A stretch of 64,000 nucleotides of DNA. Origin: Perna viridis (Eukaryota). Position numbers and translations under genes: made by a program. The stretch lies in contig CM074511.1 of NCBI GenBank assembly GCA_037379345.1, forward strand, positions 26,790,862-26,854,861, in the 5' to 3' direction. Below the pieces are notes generated by a model. The model was not told where the DNA came from, made no database searches, and was given only the letters and a program-made list of their open reading frames with translations. Shown here one piece after another: positions 62,519 to 64,000 of the stretch (its first letter is position 1; every line of letters starts with the position of its first letter).

Positions 62519-64000
62519 GATGGCTGATATTGTGTCACAGAAACAGAATACAGATGCACAGCACATGTTGCTGAAAGGCTCTTGTCAGAGCCAAGCAAAT
62601 ATTTCAAAAAGATTTTTTATTGATGTACACGTCATGCCTAACTCTGAAACCCACGCATTCCCTTCAATGATGCCTGTTTTAAAACGAGTCCTAAACTTTT
62701 ATTTACATAATTCATGCCACCGGCCAGCTCCAACCTGAAAAAAAAAAACCACAGAAAAATATAACCACCTCTGATACTTCATCAAAAGAAAAATAAAAAG
62801 AAGGAAACGTAAGAGAACTTATATGAGAAAGACGTATATATACAGTGGTAACAGTGTAGAATTTTAAAATAAAAAAAAGAAAAAAAGAAAAGAAAAGGAA
62901 AGAAAAAAAAAAAAGAAAAAAAAACAACTTTCAGTTGGTTTTGAATCAACGTCAAGGTTTTGACGTAACAAAGTAAATTGAACAAGACTAGTACAGAAAA
63001 ACTTCACTGTAAAAAGACTCCGTTATCCGTCATATATGTCGAAGGTGACATCGAATTAATACTGGTGCATTAAATAAAGACTATAATGTAAAGCGAGGCA
63101 TTTGCTGAACAAATAACTGTTACGGAAACATCTCCAGCAAGCTCTTGAATTGCTGAACGAGTACCTTTAACATGAGGCTAGTCGTGTCGTACAAGTACAA
63201 AGCAATGTATATGTAACTGGTTTGACGTAACAAAGTAAAATGAACAAGACTAGTACAGAAAAACTTCACTGAAACAGAGAAGAGAACACAGATGCATAGC
63301 ACATTTTTTTCTGAAAAACTCAGACAAAAAGTGTGCTGTAAGGTGCATGCTTGAAGTTGTGTTCAGAAAAAATGTGTAAAGAATTTTTAAGGTAAAGGAA
63401 AATGATTCACATCTTTGATGTTTATGTTAACAATCTGGATCAGTATATTTTTAAAAGGGGTTTCCAGCTGTTATTTGTTAATTTTTATCCAAATTTAGGA
63501 CTCAACTCTCAACACAACTGTCCAGGATCTGCAACTGGATAATATTATAGGGCAAATGTAAAGAAATGATCATCATTTTTTTTCATTTTAATTGATTATT
63601 TGGAAAGGTTTAACAAATTGTAGGTAAAAAAATACAGCCATTAACAAATACATATAAAAAACATTGAACAATCCACAAGTATAAATACATGTACAATGTA
63701 CACCAAAGAAGGTGCTTCATGACATGTACATGTACATTGTACACAAATTATCAATAGAACAAATAACAAGTTTTTTTGGTATAAATAAATTTCTTCTTGA
63801 AAGTACATTTATCATGGTAAGTGGGAAATGGTGTGTGTATTGTCTGTATTTCATGAATTTCATTCTAATCTTTAGAACAAGTCATTAATAAGAGAACAGT
63901 TTCAGTACAAAATATAATTCAGTAAAAGAAAGCAGACATCAAGGTATGTATCATATTTTTAACTATTCCTTAGAAATTAAATTGATGAATATGTAACACT

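Larger units (their letters stand above)
29409..63389 (+). repeat. Tandem gene array (macrosatellite), ~1.49-kb unit, 22 intact units plus partial units at both ends
   Basis: ORF starts recur every 1464-1506 bp; units are nearly identical and length differences lie mostly in poly(A) tracts. Confidence 0.98.

Noticed and set aside
29409-63389. Array as a canonical histone cluster, rDNA/5S/snRNA array, or CRISPR
   Set aside because: No H1/H2A/H2B/H3/H4 peptide in any listed frame, no recognisable rRNA or snRNA sequence, and no unique spacers; the DNA is eukaryotic

Overview
AT-rich animal genomic DNA, most likely a bivalve mollusc (repeat families resemble mytilid ones). The left part (1-28 kb) holds a degenerate minus-strand ORF, an intronless 378-aa ORF of unknown function, and a complete 20-coding-exon STRIP1/2 (FAM40, STRIPAK subunit) gene. 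I spliced that gene by hand into an open 798-aa frame (7559-27056); its introns carry SINEs and MITEs. The right part (about 29.4-63.4 kb) is a head-to-tail array of ~1.49-kb units: 22 intact copies plus two decayed copies on the left edge. Each unit is a compact intronless gene with E-box/CCAAT/DRE-like/TATA promoter motifs and a 111-aa basic coiled-coil ORF that shows no histone features. 58 nt after the stop codon is a replication-dependent histone-mRNA-type stem-loop (aaaGGCTCT-TGTC-AGAGCCa), followed by a purine-rich HDE-like element. The main candidate novelty is a tandemly amplified NON-histone gene family that appears built to use the histone SLBP/U7 3'-end pathway. No database searches were possible; family assignments other than STRIP come from pattern recognition.
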